This document shows, one piece after another, positions 11,248-20,790 of a stretch of DNA of 64,000 nucleotides. Position numbers and translations under genes: made by a program. Source of the stretch: a candidate division FCPU426 bacterium (GTDB lineage: Bacteria > Oederibacteriota > Muellerivitia > Muellerivitales > Muellerivitaceae); NCBI GenBank assembly GCA_963796105.1, contig CAWCKJ010000002.1, positions 224,001-288,000 on the forward strand. Direction: 5' to 3'. The number at the start of each line of letters is the position of its first letter. Within the stretch, counting starts at the first letter, position 1. The notes beneath the pieces are model-generated. The model had not been told where the DNA came from. It did not search any database and saw nothing but the letters and a program-made list of their open reading frames with translations.

Positions 11248-13257
11248 TCAGGGGGTCGGGGTCGAAACTGTTCCCTCGGTGGGGGCGGGGCTGGGGTTGG
11301 TTTGGGGCCGGGGATTGAAGTCGGCCGGGACGGGGTTCGGCAGTCCCAGGGTCTGGTCAATCGGGACGACCCCGATGTCCTTTAAGCCGTACCCGCTATT
11401 TTGCGGAAGAGTACCCACGATGGTTTCGGGAATGGAGACATAATCGGGCTGGAGAATCGAAACCGCGCCGCTGAGGCGGGCCGGGTCGAAAGCCGCCACC
11501 AGGTCGGAGACATCCGGCGTAAGTGCGTCATCCGGCCCCCAATTGTCCTGCCCCAGGTTCTTCTTACCGAGTTTCCGCCCTTTCATCTCATCCGGGAGTT
11601 TAGCCAGGGGGGTAAGCCCGAAGACCGTATCCACGAACTTCACGACCGAACCATGGTCGCCCGTTTCATGCACGACCGTATGGACCCTCGCGTAAGGGGA
11701 AATGAGAAGGAAGGGAACCCTGGGCCCGTCGCTGATGGCTTCCTTATCCGGGCCGAAGACGCGCAGGGGGGGCGGGACGTGGTCGTAGAATCCCCCGTCG
11801 TCATCCCAGGTGATGATGATGGCGCAGTTGTTCCAATATTGGCTCTTGGCGATGGCGTTGATCATCTTGGCCAGCATGGCCTCGCTGATCTGGGAGTCCG
11901 AACCGCCGGGATGGTCGTCGTCCCCCAGGTACTTTTTCTGGACCGCCGGGTCCTGGTCGGCCGGTTTCATGCCTAATAGGTTCCAATGGCCGCCCTTCAC
12001 GTAATAAACGCCCCCCTCTTGGGAAAGGGTTCCCTTGGAGACGGCGGGAATAAAATCCCTCAGGTCCTGGAGACAGCCGGCCATGGCCGGACTGTGGACG
12101 ATGTAACCGAAATATTGCGGGCCGTTATGGTGGGTGACATAGGAGAAGTGGGCTCCTTCGGCGTCGGTCGGATCCTCACCGCCGGGGATTGGTTCGCCAT
12201 AGCCTTCCTGGTACCAGCCCCAGGAGACCGCTTTGCTCCCCTTTTGGTTTAAATAGGCCACGTCGTCCTGCAGGTCCTCAAGGTCGGATTCCTTCTCCGG
12301 GTCCTCGGAGGTCTGGCTTCCCGCCTCGGAGCCCGCCAGGGAAAGGGCCAGGGTGGCGTAGGTCTGGTTATTTTGGACATCATCCTGCTTCTTTTTGGAG
12401 AAGTCCTTCGGGTTCACGGGCATTTTGGGGTTGGACTGGGTGTCCTCCGGGGACCCCCAGTAAGGGTCGGAGCTGTTCAGGACAGGTTCGCCCGCGCCTT
12501 TTTTCCCGAAATCCTTCTCCATCTTCTCGGGGTGGAGGACGCCCTCGGTTTGCCCGCTTTGGGCGGCGATGATGGACAGGTTGCCGGGCGTGGAGGGGCC
12601 GACCATCAGCTGGAAAAAGCGGTCGAAGAGGACGAAACGGTTGGCCCAGTGCCAGAGGAAGGGGATGGTTTCGCCGTCGAGATGGGCCATGGTGATTTCC
12701 CCCAATTGCTTGGCTTGAAGGGTGGGAAGGCCGGTCGGGAATTTTTTCATCTCCTCCGACAGGGCGAACTTGTCCATCAGCGGTTTCCCGTCCACTACGT
12801 CCATCTTTTGGGTCAGCAAAAAGTGCCCGTGGCCGACGTCATCCAGGTCGGAGGCGTATTCCTTGGATCCGATCCGGAAGGGTTGGATCTGCTCCGTGGT
12901 TCCGTCGGGGTTTTCGATGGGCTGGTTAAAGCCTGGAGTCTCGCTTTGGGGGTGGGAATAGATGCCCTCCACGCCCGGGAAGGTGCCGAAATAGGAGTCG
13001 AACGATCGGTTTTCCTGGTAGAGAATAAATACATACTTGATGTTTTGACGCAGGAGCGAAACCAGTTTCTTCCGGCTGAGGCGCGGTTCATTGGCTTTCG
13101 GGACCTCCAAAGGGGCGATCTCAGCGTCGCCCGTGGGGGGCAGGGATTCGACTATTGATTTGGAAACAGTTTGGGAAAGAGCCCGGGATTGCGGGCCGAA
13201 GACCGTGAAAATTACCAACAAGCAGAGAACCCCTACGGCTGTTCGAATGAAATTCAT
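11248..13257 (-). CDS. Secreted phosphoesterase (phospholipase C / acid phosphatase AcpA family)
   Basis: YQENRSFDSYFG, DDDHPG, IITWDDDGGFYDHV, GPRVP..ISPYA; signal peptide. Confidence 0.9.
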   Translation of the reverse strand: MNFIRTAVGVLCLLVIFTVFGPQSRALSQTVSKSIVESLPPTGDAEIAPLEVPKANEPRLSRKKLVSLLRQNIKYVFILYQENRSFDSYFGTFPGVEGIYSHPQSETPGFNQPIENPDGTTEQIQPFRIGSKEYASDLDDVGHGHFLLTQKMDVVDGKPLMDKFALSEEMKKFPTGLPTLQAKQLGEITMAHLDGETIPFLWHWANRFVLFDRFFQLMVGPSTPGNLSIIAAQSGQTEGVLHPEKMEKDFGKKGAGEPVLNSSDPYWGSPEDTQSNPKMPVNPKDFSKKKQDDVQNNQTYATLALSLAGSEAGSQTSEDPEKESDLEDLQDDVAYLNQKGSKAVSWGWYQEGYGEPIPGGEDPTDAEGAHFSYVTHHNGPQYFGYIVHSPAMAGCLQDLRDFIPAVSKGTLSQEGGVYYVKGGHWNLLGMKPADQDPAVQKKYLGDDDHPGGSDSQISEAMLAKMINAIAKSQYWNNCAIIITWDDDGGFYDHVPPPLRVFGPDKEAISDGPRVPFLLISPYARVHTVVHETGDHGSVVKFVDTVFGLTPLAKLPDEMKGRKLGKKNLGQDNWGPDDALTPDVSDLVAAFDPARLSGAVSILQPDYVSIPETIVGTLPQNSGYGLKDIGVVPIDQTLGLPNPVPADFNPRPQTNPSPAPTEGTVSTPTP

Positions 13258-13350
13258 TTTTTACTCCTTTTCAACACAAATCGAACTATGACACTTCAAA
13301 AACTGACTAAGCCTATGTACAAAACACCTGCGGTCTATTGGTTTTTTTAA

Positions 13351-13403
13351 TCTTCCCCCTTTGAAAGAGGGGGATAGAGGGGAAGTTAGCCTTTTATGTA
13401 TTA
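13351..13403. repeat. REP-like palindromic repeat, left part of a mosaic interrupted by IS copy 1
   Basis: TCCCCCTTTGAAAGAGGGGGATAGAGGGGAAGTTAGCC; related to sequence inside the MITEs at 25280 and 27902. Confidence 0.6.
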
Positions 13404-15047
13404 CCTGAATTTTGCACCGAGTTTACCGATTCCGTGGCCAGATCGGCCTGAATCGGGACCCGACAGTGGCCATTTTCATCAGAAGTGAACTTATGTGCAA
13501 AGAATTTTTTGCACCAAGCCACTTCTAGGCCGCCCTGGGTCTTTCCAATCGTTTTCGATCAAGGTATTTGAGGAAACCCAATAGGCCCGCTGTCCTATCA
13601 TCATGGATTGAATACCTCACCACATCCCGATGGCCGTGATACTGGATTCGGGCGGCTACAAAGAGCATCTTCAAACGTGCGATCCGAAGGGTATGGTCCG
13701 GCATGGTGATCTGTTCCTTCTCCTGTGGCTTCTTTCCCGGTCGCTTTTCTTTTCCACAATGGCCCACCATTAGTTTCATCCACCTCCAGAGGTTGTAAGC
13801 CAGCATCACGATCTGGAAAAAAGCATGGTGGCTTTGGAAACTCTTAGAGGGAATTGCTAATAACCCCTCCCGTTGCGCCTCACCAATCAGGTTTTCCACA
13901 TCCGCGCGCAGGTCGTATTCCTCAACCACCCGATGGGGTGCTCCCAGACAGTTGGTCGCGAAGATTCGGTAGACATATCCTTCCATTTCAGGAAGGCTCA
14001 ATTGTTTCTCCCGCGCTTTTTCATCCAGCGTCCTCATCGCCACAAACCGGACTGGTTGTTGCCAGCCTATGGGTTGATGGACACATTCGTTGTATTCGTG
14101 TTCTCCATGGCGGTACCAACCCTTTTTCGTGAAAGGCGGGTCATGCCGCTTGTTCCCGAAGATGAAAGAAAACCCTTCTTTTTCACAGGCTTTCACGCTT
14201 TCCCAGCCGATCATTTCACCGTCACCGCGCACCAGAATCGTCCGGACACAGGACGGCAAGAGTCGCCGGAATTGTCTAATTTGGCGGGCCACTTCCTCAG
14301 AACTAAGGGTGGTTCCGCGTCTTTGGGTTCCGCACAAATATTCCCGGGTTTCCTGGAGAAAACACAGAATGGGCCTCAGTCCCTTCTTGCCCCGGTGCTT
14401 GGGGTTGTATCCTTTTCGGCTTCCCTCGATATTTCCGTAGACCGTTGCGGTGGTGGTATCGATGTTGATCTCCACCTTCTTGGGGGCATATTTCACCTGT
14501 CCCCAAACCTTGGCCCGTAACGCCCCACTCAGATTCAGCAACGATGCCGACTGCCCGATCCCCAGCGACCTCAGGTATCTCCAAAAAGTTGTCACTACCG
14601 GCAACAAGGGAACCCGCAGTAAACCGCACAGCATGACCTCACCCCGCAGGTAGGCAAAATGGCCAAGTCTTTGGAACCCGATGAAAAGAAGCATTAGGAT
14701 GCCGCTTACCATCCGGTAGTGGCCCAAATTCGGAAGGCGTTTAGGTGCGGCATAGTGTTTTTTGAATTCCCGCTCAAAATCAAGAAGGTCGAACATCTTC
14801 GCCAATGCCAACAATCCGCCAAAAGCTGTTAGGCGGTCTTCGCAAATACCTACGGGAGTATTGGCCGTAATCTTGGGCGCGATTCTCCCGTTTCGATTGG
14901 CTTTTTTCTGGACTTGCGGGTTTGATTTCTGAGGCGTATCTTGACGTTTCACCATCTGGGGGACCCTCTTTTAGGATGAGTTGGCTTCGCAACCCTTATC
15001 CTATAATGGTTTCCTAGATGGTTTTTTTATTAGGCGCAAAATTCAGG
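13404..15047 (-). mobile_element. IS1380-family insertion sequence, copy 1 (1,644 bp)
   Basis: TIRs CCTGAATTTTGCACC / GGCGCAAAATTCAGG (14/15 match); TATTA direct repeats at 13399-13403 and 15048-15052. Confidence 0.93.
13525..14955 (-). CDS. IS1380-family DDE transposase
   Basis: LTAFGGL, INIDTT...GYNPKHRGKKGLRP, VRGDG, Y..RADVENLI.E motifs. Confidence 0.92.
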   Translation of the reverse strand: MVKRQDTPQKSNPQVQKKANRNGRIAPKITANTPVGICEDRLTAFGGLLALAKMFDLLDFEREFKKHYAAPKRLPNLGHYRMVSGILMLLFIGFQRLGHFAYLRGEVMLCGLLRVPLLPVVTTFWRYLRSLGIGQSASLLNLSGALRAKVWGQVKYAPKKVEINIDTTTATVYGNIEGSRKGYNPKHRGKKGLRPILCFLQETREYLCGTQRRGTTLSSEEVARQIRQFRRLLPSCVRTILVRGDGEMIGWESVKACEKEGFSFIFGNKRHDPPFTKKGWYRHGEHEYNECVHQPIGWQQPVRFVAMRTLDEKAREKQLSLPEMEGYVYRIFATNCLGAPHRVVEEYDLRADVENLIGEAQREGLLAIPSKSFQSHHAFFQIVMLAYNLWRWMKLMVGHCGKEKRPGKKPQEKEQITMPDHTLRIARLKMLFVAARIQYHGHRDVVRYSIHDDRTAGLLGFLKYLDRKRLERPRAA

Positions 15048-15052
15048 TATTA

Positions 15053-15325
15053 ATTAGAGAACGACTAATACCCCCCACCCAAAGGCGCTCATAGGAAAAA
15101 CCCCCTATGTACAACGAACTCATAGGGAAGAGCCCCTATGTACCCACGAAACCGAAATGCCCACAAACCGAAAAGCCCCATTTTCACCCCCATTTCATCC
15201 ATGTGATAATAATAAATGGAAAATGGGGACGTCCCCATTCCCAATATCTTTGTTTTTCAAAGAGGCATGGGGGAAAGGGGGGAATTAGCACCAGCAACAT
15301 GTTTTTCGAAATTTGCCAATGTTGA
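15053..15325. repeat. Mosaic palindromic repeat, right part; modules shared with both MITEs
   Basis: Inverted copy of the CATTTCGGTTTGTGGGTAC-CATAGGGG..CCCTATGAGCGC module. The TTCACCCCCATTTCATCCAT...GGCATGGGGG module matches ~25520-25610 and TTTCGAAATTTGCCAA.GTTGAG matches ~28176. Confidence 0.7.
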
Positions 15326-15336
15326 GACAATTATTT

Positions 15337-15876
15337 TTAATTCAGCTTAAAGGCGATGGGAAGCCGCACGCGGCAATTAATCGGCTGGCCCGATGCGTCC
15401 AGGGCCGGCCTGAACCTGGCGTCCTGCAGTTTTGCCATGACCACCGTGTTGAACTCGGGCGTACTGCCCTGGACGATGCTGACGGACTTCACCTTTCCCT
15501 CGATATTGATGAGAAGCTCCGCCACCACCCTGCCTTCCTTCTTTTGCTTGCGCATCTCAATGGGGTAATCATCCTCGCCGATCATACCCCCTACCCAGGA
15601 GGGCTGGCGGCTGGCGACGACCGCCACGGCCAAATCAGGCTCGGGAGTGGGCTTGATTGTGGGCGGCGTGGGGGATTTCCCTTTTTTGGCCATGATCCAG
15701 GTCTCGATGACCGGGGTGGCTTGTGTCCCTACGGATAAAAGCGGGGTGCTTTTCATGTCGATGTCGACGCGGTATTCGGTATGGGCTTCCCCCCAGGCGA
15801 TAAGCCCCAAGGCCCCGCCGAATAGGCCGCCGTGGATCAGGCTCGAAATCAGGATTCCCCTGAATAGGCGGTTCAT
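15337..15876 (-). CDS. tonB: Energy transducer TonB
   Basis: N-terminal SSLIHG anchor, Pro-rich linker, C-domain YP..MRKQKKEGRV...F.PA...G.P. Confidence 0.88.
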   Translation of the reverse strand: MNRLFRGILISSLIHGGLFGGALGLIAWGEAHTEYRVDIDMKSTPLLSVGTQATPVIETWIMAKKGKSPTPPTIKPTPEPDLAVAVVASRQPSWVGGMIGEDDYPIEMRKQKKEGRVVAELLINIEGKVKSVSIVQGSTPEFNTVVMAKLQDARFRPALDASGQPINCRVRLPIAFKLN

Positions 15877-16277
15877 TATTTCCGGTCCATCGCGAGAGCC
15901 ACTTTCTGGACCCCGCCCATCTTGATGGCGTCCAGGACCTGCGCCACTTTCTCATAGGTGATTTCCTTGGGCGCCTTGAGGATCACCTTAACGCCGGGAT
16001 TCACGCCGGACTCAACCGTCATTTGCTGGGTCAGGCGGGGCAGGTCGATGTCCTGGAGGTTGAACTTGAGTTCGCCGTTCAAGCCAAGGCTGACAGTCAA
16101 GGCTGGCTGGGGGGCCATTTCCTCCTTGACCACCTTGGGCAGATGAACCTGGAGGGCCTGCTCGCTGACGAAGGTGGCAGTTACCATGAAAATAATCAGC
16201 AAAACCAGCGTGATGTCCACCAAGGGCGTGACGTTGATGCCCGTGACCAGGTTGCTTTCGTCGGAGGCGGGGACCAT
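15876..16277 (-). CDS. exbD: ExbD/TolR biopolymer transport protein
   Basis: INVTPLVDITLVLLIIFMVT motif. Confidence 0.93.
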   Translation of the reverse strand: MVPASDESNLVTGINVTPLVDITLVLLIIFMVTATFVSEQALQVHLPKVVKEEMAPQPALTVSLGLNGELKFNLQDIDLPRLTQQMTVESGVNPGVKVILKAPKEITYEKVAQVLDAIKMGGVQKVALAMDRK

Positions 16278-16903
16278 TACTTCACCTTCTCTTGCTTGAG
16301 GTAGGCCAGGAGGACCCTGGAAAGGCTGTCGGTGTTGGTCTGGATCTCCCTTAACCGTGTCAGGAAAAAGTTGTTGGCCACGACCGCCGGGATGGCCACC
16401 AGGATGCCGAAGGCGGTGGCGATCAAGGCGGCGGAGATGCCCGACATGACGACCGAGACGCCGCTTTGGCCGGTCATCCCCAGGTCGTTAAAGGCCTTGA
16501 TGACTCCCAGGACCGTCCCGAAAAGCCCTACGAAGGGGGCGTTGTTGCCGAGGGTTCCCAGGATGATCAAGTACCTTTCCAACTCCAGCTTTTCCCTCAA
16601 CCAGCGGGAGGCCATCACTTCCTCCACCGCCGGGGCGCCTTTCTTGAAGCTCTTCAAGCCGGCCAGGGCCACCCGGGCCTCCACCCTGGCGCTCTTCTCG
16701 GCCCTTTCCACCGCCCCGGGAACGTCATGCTTCTCCAGGCTCGCCGCCAGGCCGTCCATCAACGCCGACAGGTCGCCCCGGTTCTTGTGGAAGACCAGCC
16801 AGCGCTCGATCATGACCCCGATGGAAACAACTGAAGCTATGATCAGCAAAACGATGACCCAGGTGTCCCCCACCAAGGCCATGTGCATGAAAATCGAGTT
16901 CAT
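16277..16903 (-). CDS. exbB: ExbB/TolQ proton channel
   Basis: LGTLGNNAPFVGLFGTVLG...ISAALIATAFGILVAIPAV. Confidence 0.92.
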   Translation of the reverse strand: MNSIFMHMALVGDTWVIVLLIIASVVSIGVMIERWLVFHKNRGDLSALMDGLAASLEKHDVPGAVERAEKSARVEARVALAGLKSFKKGAPAVEEVMASRWLREKLELERYLIILGTLGNNAPFVGLFGTVLGVIKAFNDLGMTGQSGVSVVMSGISAALIATAFGILVAIPAVVANNFFLTRLREIQTNTDSLSRVLLAYLKQEKVK

Positions 16904-16964
16904 TGAAAACTCCCCTTTAATTATTTTTTAAACCGGTGTAACAAACGTCACGTACATAAAAATA

Positions 16965-17032
16965 GTCCGAACCCGGCGCACGGTTTCGGTCCCTGAAGCC
17001 GAAACCGTTCTGGGGTACACGCCGGGTTGGAC
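16965..17032. other. Intercistronic nested stem-loop between the TBDR gene and exbB
   Basis: Outer stem GTCC-G-AACCCGGCG / CGCCGGGTT-GGAC encloses inner stem ACGGTTTCGG / CCGAAACCGT. Confidence 0.55.
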
Positions 17033-17077
17033 AGGAGATGATTGCTGATTCCCCTTTAATCCTTTTTTCTTGAAGCC

Positions 17078-19762
17078 TTAAAAATCGACCTTTACGCCTC
17101 CGTCGAAGGAAGCCCCGTAATACTCGTTCTGGATCGGGAAATTGGGGGAGCCCTGGTAAAAACGATGGTTCGCGTTGTTCAGGTTGTTCCCGTCGGCATA
17201 GATCGTGAAGTCCTTGCTTAAGGCGTACTGGGCCTTCGCGTCGATCTGGAAATAATCGTCATAATAAATGTTCGGGGAGTTGTCCTGGGTTGGGTCCCCG
17301 ATCGTGGTCAGGTTTTTTCCGGTAAAAGATCCGCCAATGTCGAAAGTGAATCCGTATTTCTTGTAAAAGATACCGGTGTTCCAAATCAGGTCGGACTGGC
17401 TGGGCAGTTCGGAATAGACATTCGGCACGATCTCGCCCGAGGAACCGATAAAGGAAATGGACCCGCGGAAACCCAGCCCATTCAGGGGTTCGGGCAGCAT
17501 GGTGTATTGCTGTTGGTACTGGAATTCCGCCCCGTAGATCTGGGAATAGGGAATGTTAACGTAGGAGACCGTATTGGTGACTCCCCCCGAGCTATCCGCC
17601 TTTGAGTAATCGGTCGCGAAATAGTTGGCGATGTCCTTGAGGAAAAAATCGGCGGCCAGGATAGCGCCCTTGGCCGGATAAAACTCCCAAGAACTGTCGA
17701 TGTTGTTCGAGATCATCGGCTTCAGGTTGGGGTTGCCGGATTGAAAATTAATGACCGAGTCCCCTTGTTGCGCATCGAGAGCCGCCCCTAAGCTAAACGA
17801 GGGGATATACTGGTTTTGGGTTGGACGGGCGATGGTCTGCGAATAGTTGGTCCGGGTGACGAACTGGGGATTGAACGTGTACTTCATTCCCAGGCTCGGC
17901 AGGGCATTGGTATAGTCGATGGTCCCCGTATGGGCGATTGGGGCGGATAATTCTGTTTTCGTATAATTCCCGAAGGCGTCATAGGCGTAAGACTGCCACC
18001 AGTTGTATTGAATGTGCGTGGCCTCGACCCGGACGCCGCCCATGATCTCCATTTTTCCGCTTTTGATGGTGTCCATGGCGTAAACCGCGTAGACATCTTC
18101 CCAGTTGTTATAGTCACCCCCCTGGTCATCAATAGGGTCGCCTTGGTAATAAGGACCCTGGTAGGCGTTCGAGCCACTAAGAAGTTTTGTTGTCATGCTG
18201 AGGCTTGGAAGCGGCCCCATGTTATAGATGTTGCCGGGATAGTAGGGCGTACTGCTGGAACCCAAGACTTGATCCATTGTAAGGGTTCCGGTTTGGTCTG
18301 AGGTGAGGCTCACTTGGTTGAAGACGGAGTATTCTAACCGCGCTGCCGCGCCGAATTTGACCGTTCCTGTATCGTCCCCTCCGAGGGGCGTATCGAACTT
18401 GCCGTCGGCCTTGAGGCCATACTGATTCACGTTGTAGGTGCTTGTGCCGTCACTTGAGCCGGTATAGGTGAACAGGCTCGGGTCGTTCTGCCCGGTCATG
18501 TTGCTCATGTTGATGGTGGGGTTATTCCCGTTATTAGCGGTATTGTTGTAAGTGAGCGAGCCTGTAAGATTATTTTTATTTGCGAAACCATAACCAAAGT
18601 CATAGGGCACATTCTGGTCCGCATAGGCAAAACTGGCCTTATAGTCCAGGATGAACCCGCCGAGATTGTTTTCGCCCCCCACTCCCGTGGCCAAGGTGCG
18701 GAACTGGGTTAATTCATTCGTCATGCTTTTTTTATCTTGAACCCCGGCGGCCTGGACATCGGGAATCGTAATGCTTCCGTCGGGATTCACGACGGCGGCA
18801 CCTTCCGCATCCAGGTTTTTAATATCCGTGTGCCATACGGGATTGCGGTATTCGTCATAACCGCTATACATTAAATTGGCGTAGAGCTTGTTTTCTTTGT
18901 CCATTGAGAGGTCGATATTCGCCCCGATCCCGCCCCGGTCACGCTCATAGTCGTAATAACGGAAATCATAGTCCGTGACGGAATTAGGGACTAAAGGCGG
19001 ATCAGCGGGGTCGCTATAGCCGTTCTCCAAGTCGTCGATCCCGAACCTTTCATACTGGTACGAGGCCGCGACCAGGATCCCCAGATTGGTTTTCCCCCCG
19101 AGGTTGAGGGTCTCGCCCCAGGTTAAATCCTCCTTCGTGGTGGCTTGGCTGCGCTCCGGAACATAACCCCCCTCGACCTGGAGTTCGTGGAAGCTTCCGG
19201 GATAATCGAAGGCTGATTTTGGGACGAGGTTCATCTGACCGCCGACACCCTGCGCGTCCATATCCGGCAGGATGGTCTTGAAGACTTCCATTTCACCCGC
19301 CATGCCGGCCGGGATGGCGTCGAGGTCCACAGACCTCGCCGCTTCATCATAGGAGGGGATGATGGTGTTATTGAACGTGATGATGTTCAGGTTCGAGTCC
19401 GTGCCCCGGATGTCGATATAACGGGGCTCGCCGGTGTCATGCTGGACCCCGACCCCGGGCAATTGCTGGGCCGCCTGGGCGACGGTCTTGGCCGGCGTCT
19501 GGTTGATCTGGTCCTGGGAAAGGATGTTCACCTTGTTCAGGGAATCGTGCATCTCGTCGAAGGACTGGGCCTGGTCGATGCCGTGGGCCTTCACCGTGAT
19601 CTCGGGAAGCTCCGAGACCGCGGTCGTGGAGGCCGACAGGGTATCACCCTGGCTGTCCGCCTGTTTGTCGTCAGCCACAGCGGCCCGGATATCCAGGCAT
19701 AAAATCGAAACTATCGAGAGCATCAGCGTGATAAAATTCAAACCCAGCTTATTCATCCTCAT
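17078..19762 (-). CDS. TonB-dependent outer-membrane receptor
   Basis: Signal peptide, TonB box EITVKA, plug LPGV...GEPRYIDIRG, GNPNLKP, C-terminal Phe; upstream of exbBD-tonB. Confidence 0.93.
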   Translation of the reverse strand: MRMNKLGLNFITLMLSIVSILCLDIRAAVADDKQADSQGDTLSASTTAVSELPEITVKAHGIDQAQSFDEMHDSLNKVNILSQDQINQTPAKTVAQAAQQLPGVGVQHDTGEPRYIDIRGTDSNLNIITFNNTIIPSYDEAARSVDLDAIPAGMAGEMEVFKTILPDMDAQGVGGQMNLVPKSAFDYPGSFHELQVEGGYVPERSQATTKEDLTWGETLNLGGKTNLGILVAASYQYERFGIDDLENGYSDPADPPLVPNSVTDYDFRYYDYERDRGGIGANIDLSMDKENKLYANLMYSGYDEYRNPVWHTDIKNLDAEGAAVVNPDGSITIPDVQAAGVQDKKSMTNELTQFRTLATGVGGENNLGGFILDYKASFAYADQNVPYDFGYGFANKNNLTGSLTYNNTANNGNNPTINMSNMTGQNDPSLFTYTGSSDGTSTYNVNQYGLKADGKFDTPLGGDDTGTVKFGAAARLEYSVFNQVSLTSDQTGTLTMDQVLGSSSTPYYPGNIYNMGPLPSLSMTTKLLSGSNAYQGPYYQGDPIDDQGGDYNNWEDVYAVYAMDTIKSGKMEIMGGVRVEATHIQYNWWQSYAYDAFGNYTKTELSAPIAHTGTIDYTNALPSLGMKYTFNPQFVTRTNYSQTIARPTQNQYIPSFSLGAALDAQQGDSVINFQSGNPNLKPMISNNIDSSWEFYPAKGAILAADFFLKDIANYFATDYSKADSSGGVTNTVSYVNIPYSQIYGAEFQYQQQYTMLPEPLNGLGFRGSISFIGSSGEIVPNVYSELPSQSDLIWNTGIFYKKYGFTFDIGGSFTGKNLTTIGDPTQDNSPNIYYDDYFQIDAKAQYALSKDFTIYADGNNLNNANHRFYQGSPNFPIQNEYYGASFDGGVKVDF

Positions 19763-19913
19763 AACGACTTCCTTTCCCGATCAGAAGAAATAAAAAACAT
19801 CCAAGGGATTCCATTGCTTGATATTCGAGGGGTGTCCTGATGGAACCGGCTTATGACGGGGGAGAATTTAACGGAAAGACATCCGCTTATTGTTATGGAG
19901 AGGTTAATTGGAG

Positions 19914-19941
19914 GTAACGATACGATGACGAAATCGTCATC
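19914..19941 (-). promoter_or_regulatory. Putative CusR/CzcR-type operator for the TBDR operon
   Basis: Minus strand ATGAC-N6-GTCAT-N6-GTTAC; core GATGACG-AAAT-CGTCATC is a 7-4-7 palindrome. Confidence 0.6.
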
Positions 19942-20115
19942 TTCGATATTTATATATTCCCGGTACTATGATGGGGATCATTTACGTGAAAGTGGTTACC
20001 AGCAGAAACTGCGCGGCTTTAGAATGTCTCGGCGGACCGCCAGTCCATAAAATTAAATTTTGTTCATCTTCCAAATTTAGCTTGATACTTCTGCCGGATT
20101 AAATTACATAGACCC

Positions 20116-20790
20116 ATGAGAATCTTGATCATCGAGGACGAACCGAAAACTTTGGCCTACTTGGCCAAAGGCCTTTCCGAGAACGGCTTTACTGTGGACC
20201 GCTCCGGGAACGGCGGGGACGGATTCCGGATGGCCCTGGCGGGCTCCTACGACCTTCTCATCCTGGACATCATGCTCCCGGGCAAGGACGGCTGGTCGAT
20301 CCTGTCGGACTTGCGCGGCTCAGGACGAAGGATTCCCGTTCTTTTCCTGACCGCGCTGGACGCGGTGGAGGACCGCGTGAAGGGGCTGGAATCGGGGGCG
20401 GACGACTACCTGGTGAAACCCTTCGCTTTCACGGAGCTATTGGCCAGGGTGCATACCCTTTTGAGAAGGGGCCAAGCCCAGCCGCCGGAAGCTCTCAAGA
20501 TAGCCGACCTTGAAATCGACCCCATCAGCCACAAGACCCTGAGGTCCGGACGGAAACTCGACCTCACCCCCAAGGAATTCTCCCTCCTATATCTACTCGC
20601 TTCCAAGAACGGGGAAGTTTTGTCCCGGGCCCGCCTGGCGGAACTGGTATGGGACATGAGTTTCGACAGCGGCACCAACGTGGTGGATGTCCATGTCCGC
20701 CGGCTTCGTTCCAAAGTGGATGACTTATTCAACCCGAAACTGATCCATACCGTCAGGGGGGTGGGCTATGTCCTCGAAGACCGCGGATAA
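20116..20790 (+). CDS. Heavy-metal response regulator (CusR/CzcR type, OmpR family)
   Basis: REC domain (EDE, DIMLP, GADDYLVKPFAF) plus wHTH (VWDMSFDSGTNVVDVHVRRLRSKVD...HTVRGVGY). Confidence 0.93.
   Translation: MRILIIEDEPKTLAYLAKGLSENGFTVDRSGNGGDGFRMALAGSYDLLILDIMLPGKDGWSILSDLRGSGRRIPVLFLTALDAVEDRVKGLESGADDYLVKPFAFTELLARVHTLLRRGQAQPPEALKIADLEIDPISHKTLRSGRKLDLTPKEFSLLYLLASKNGEVLSRARLAELVWDMSFDSGTNVVDVHVRRLRSKVDDLFNPKLIHTVRGVGYVLEDRG

Noticed and set aside
14981..15007. Outward-facing promoter in the IS end (TTGGCT...TATAAT)
   Set aside because: The 15-bp spacer is suboptimal; cannot be supported without transcript data.
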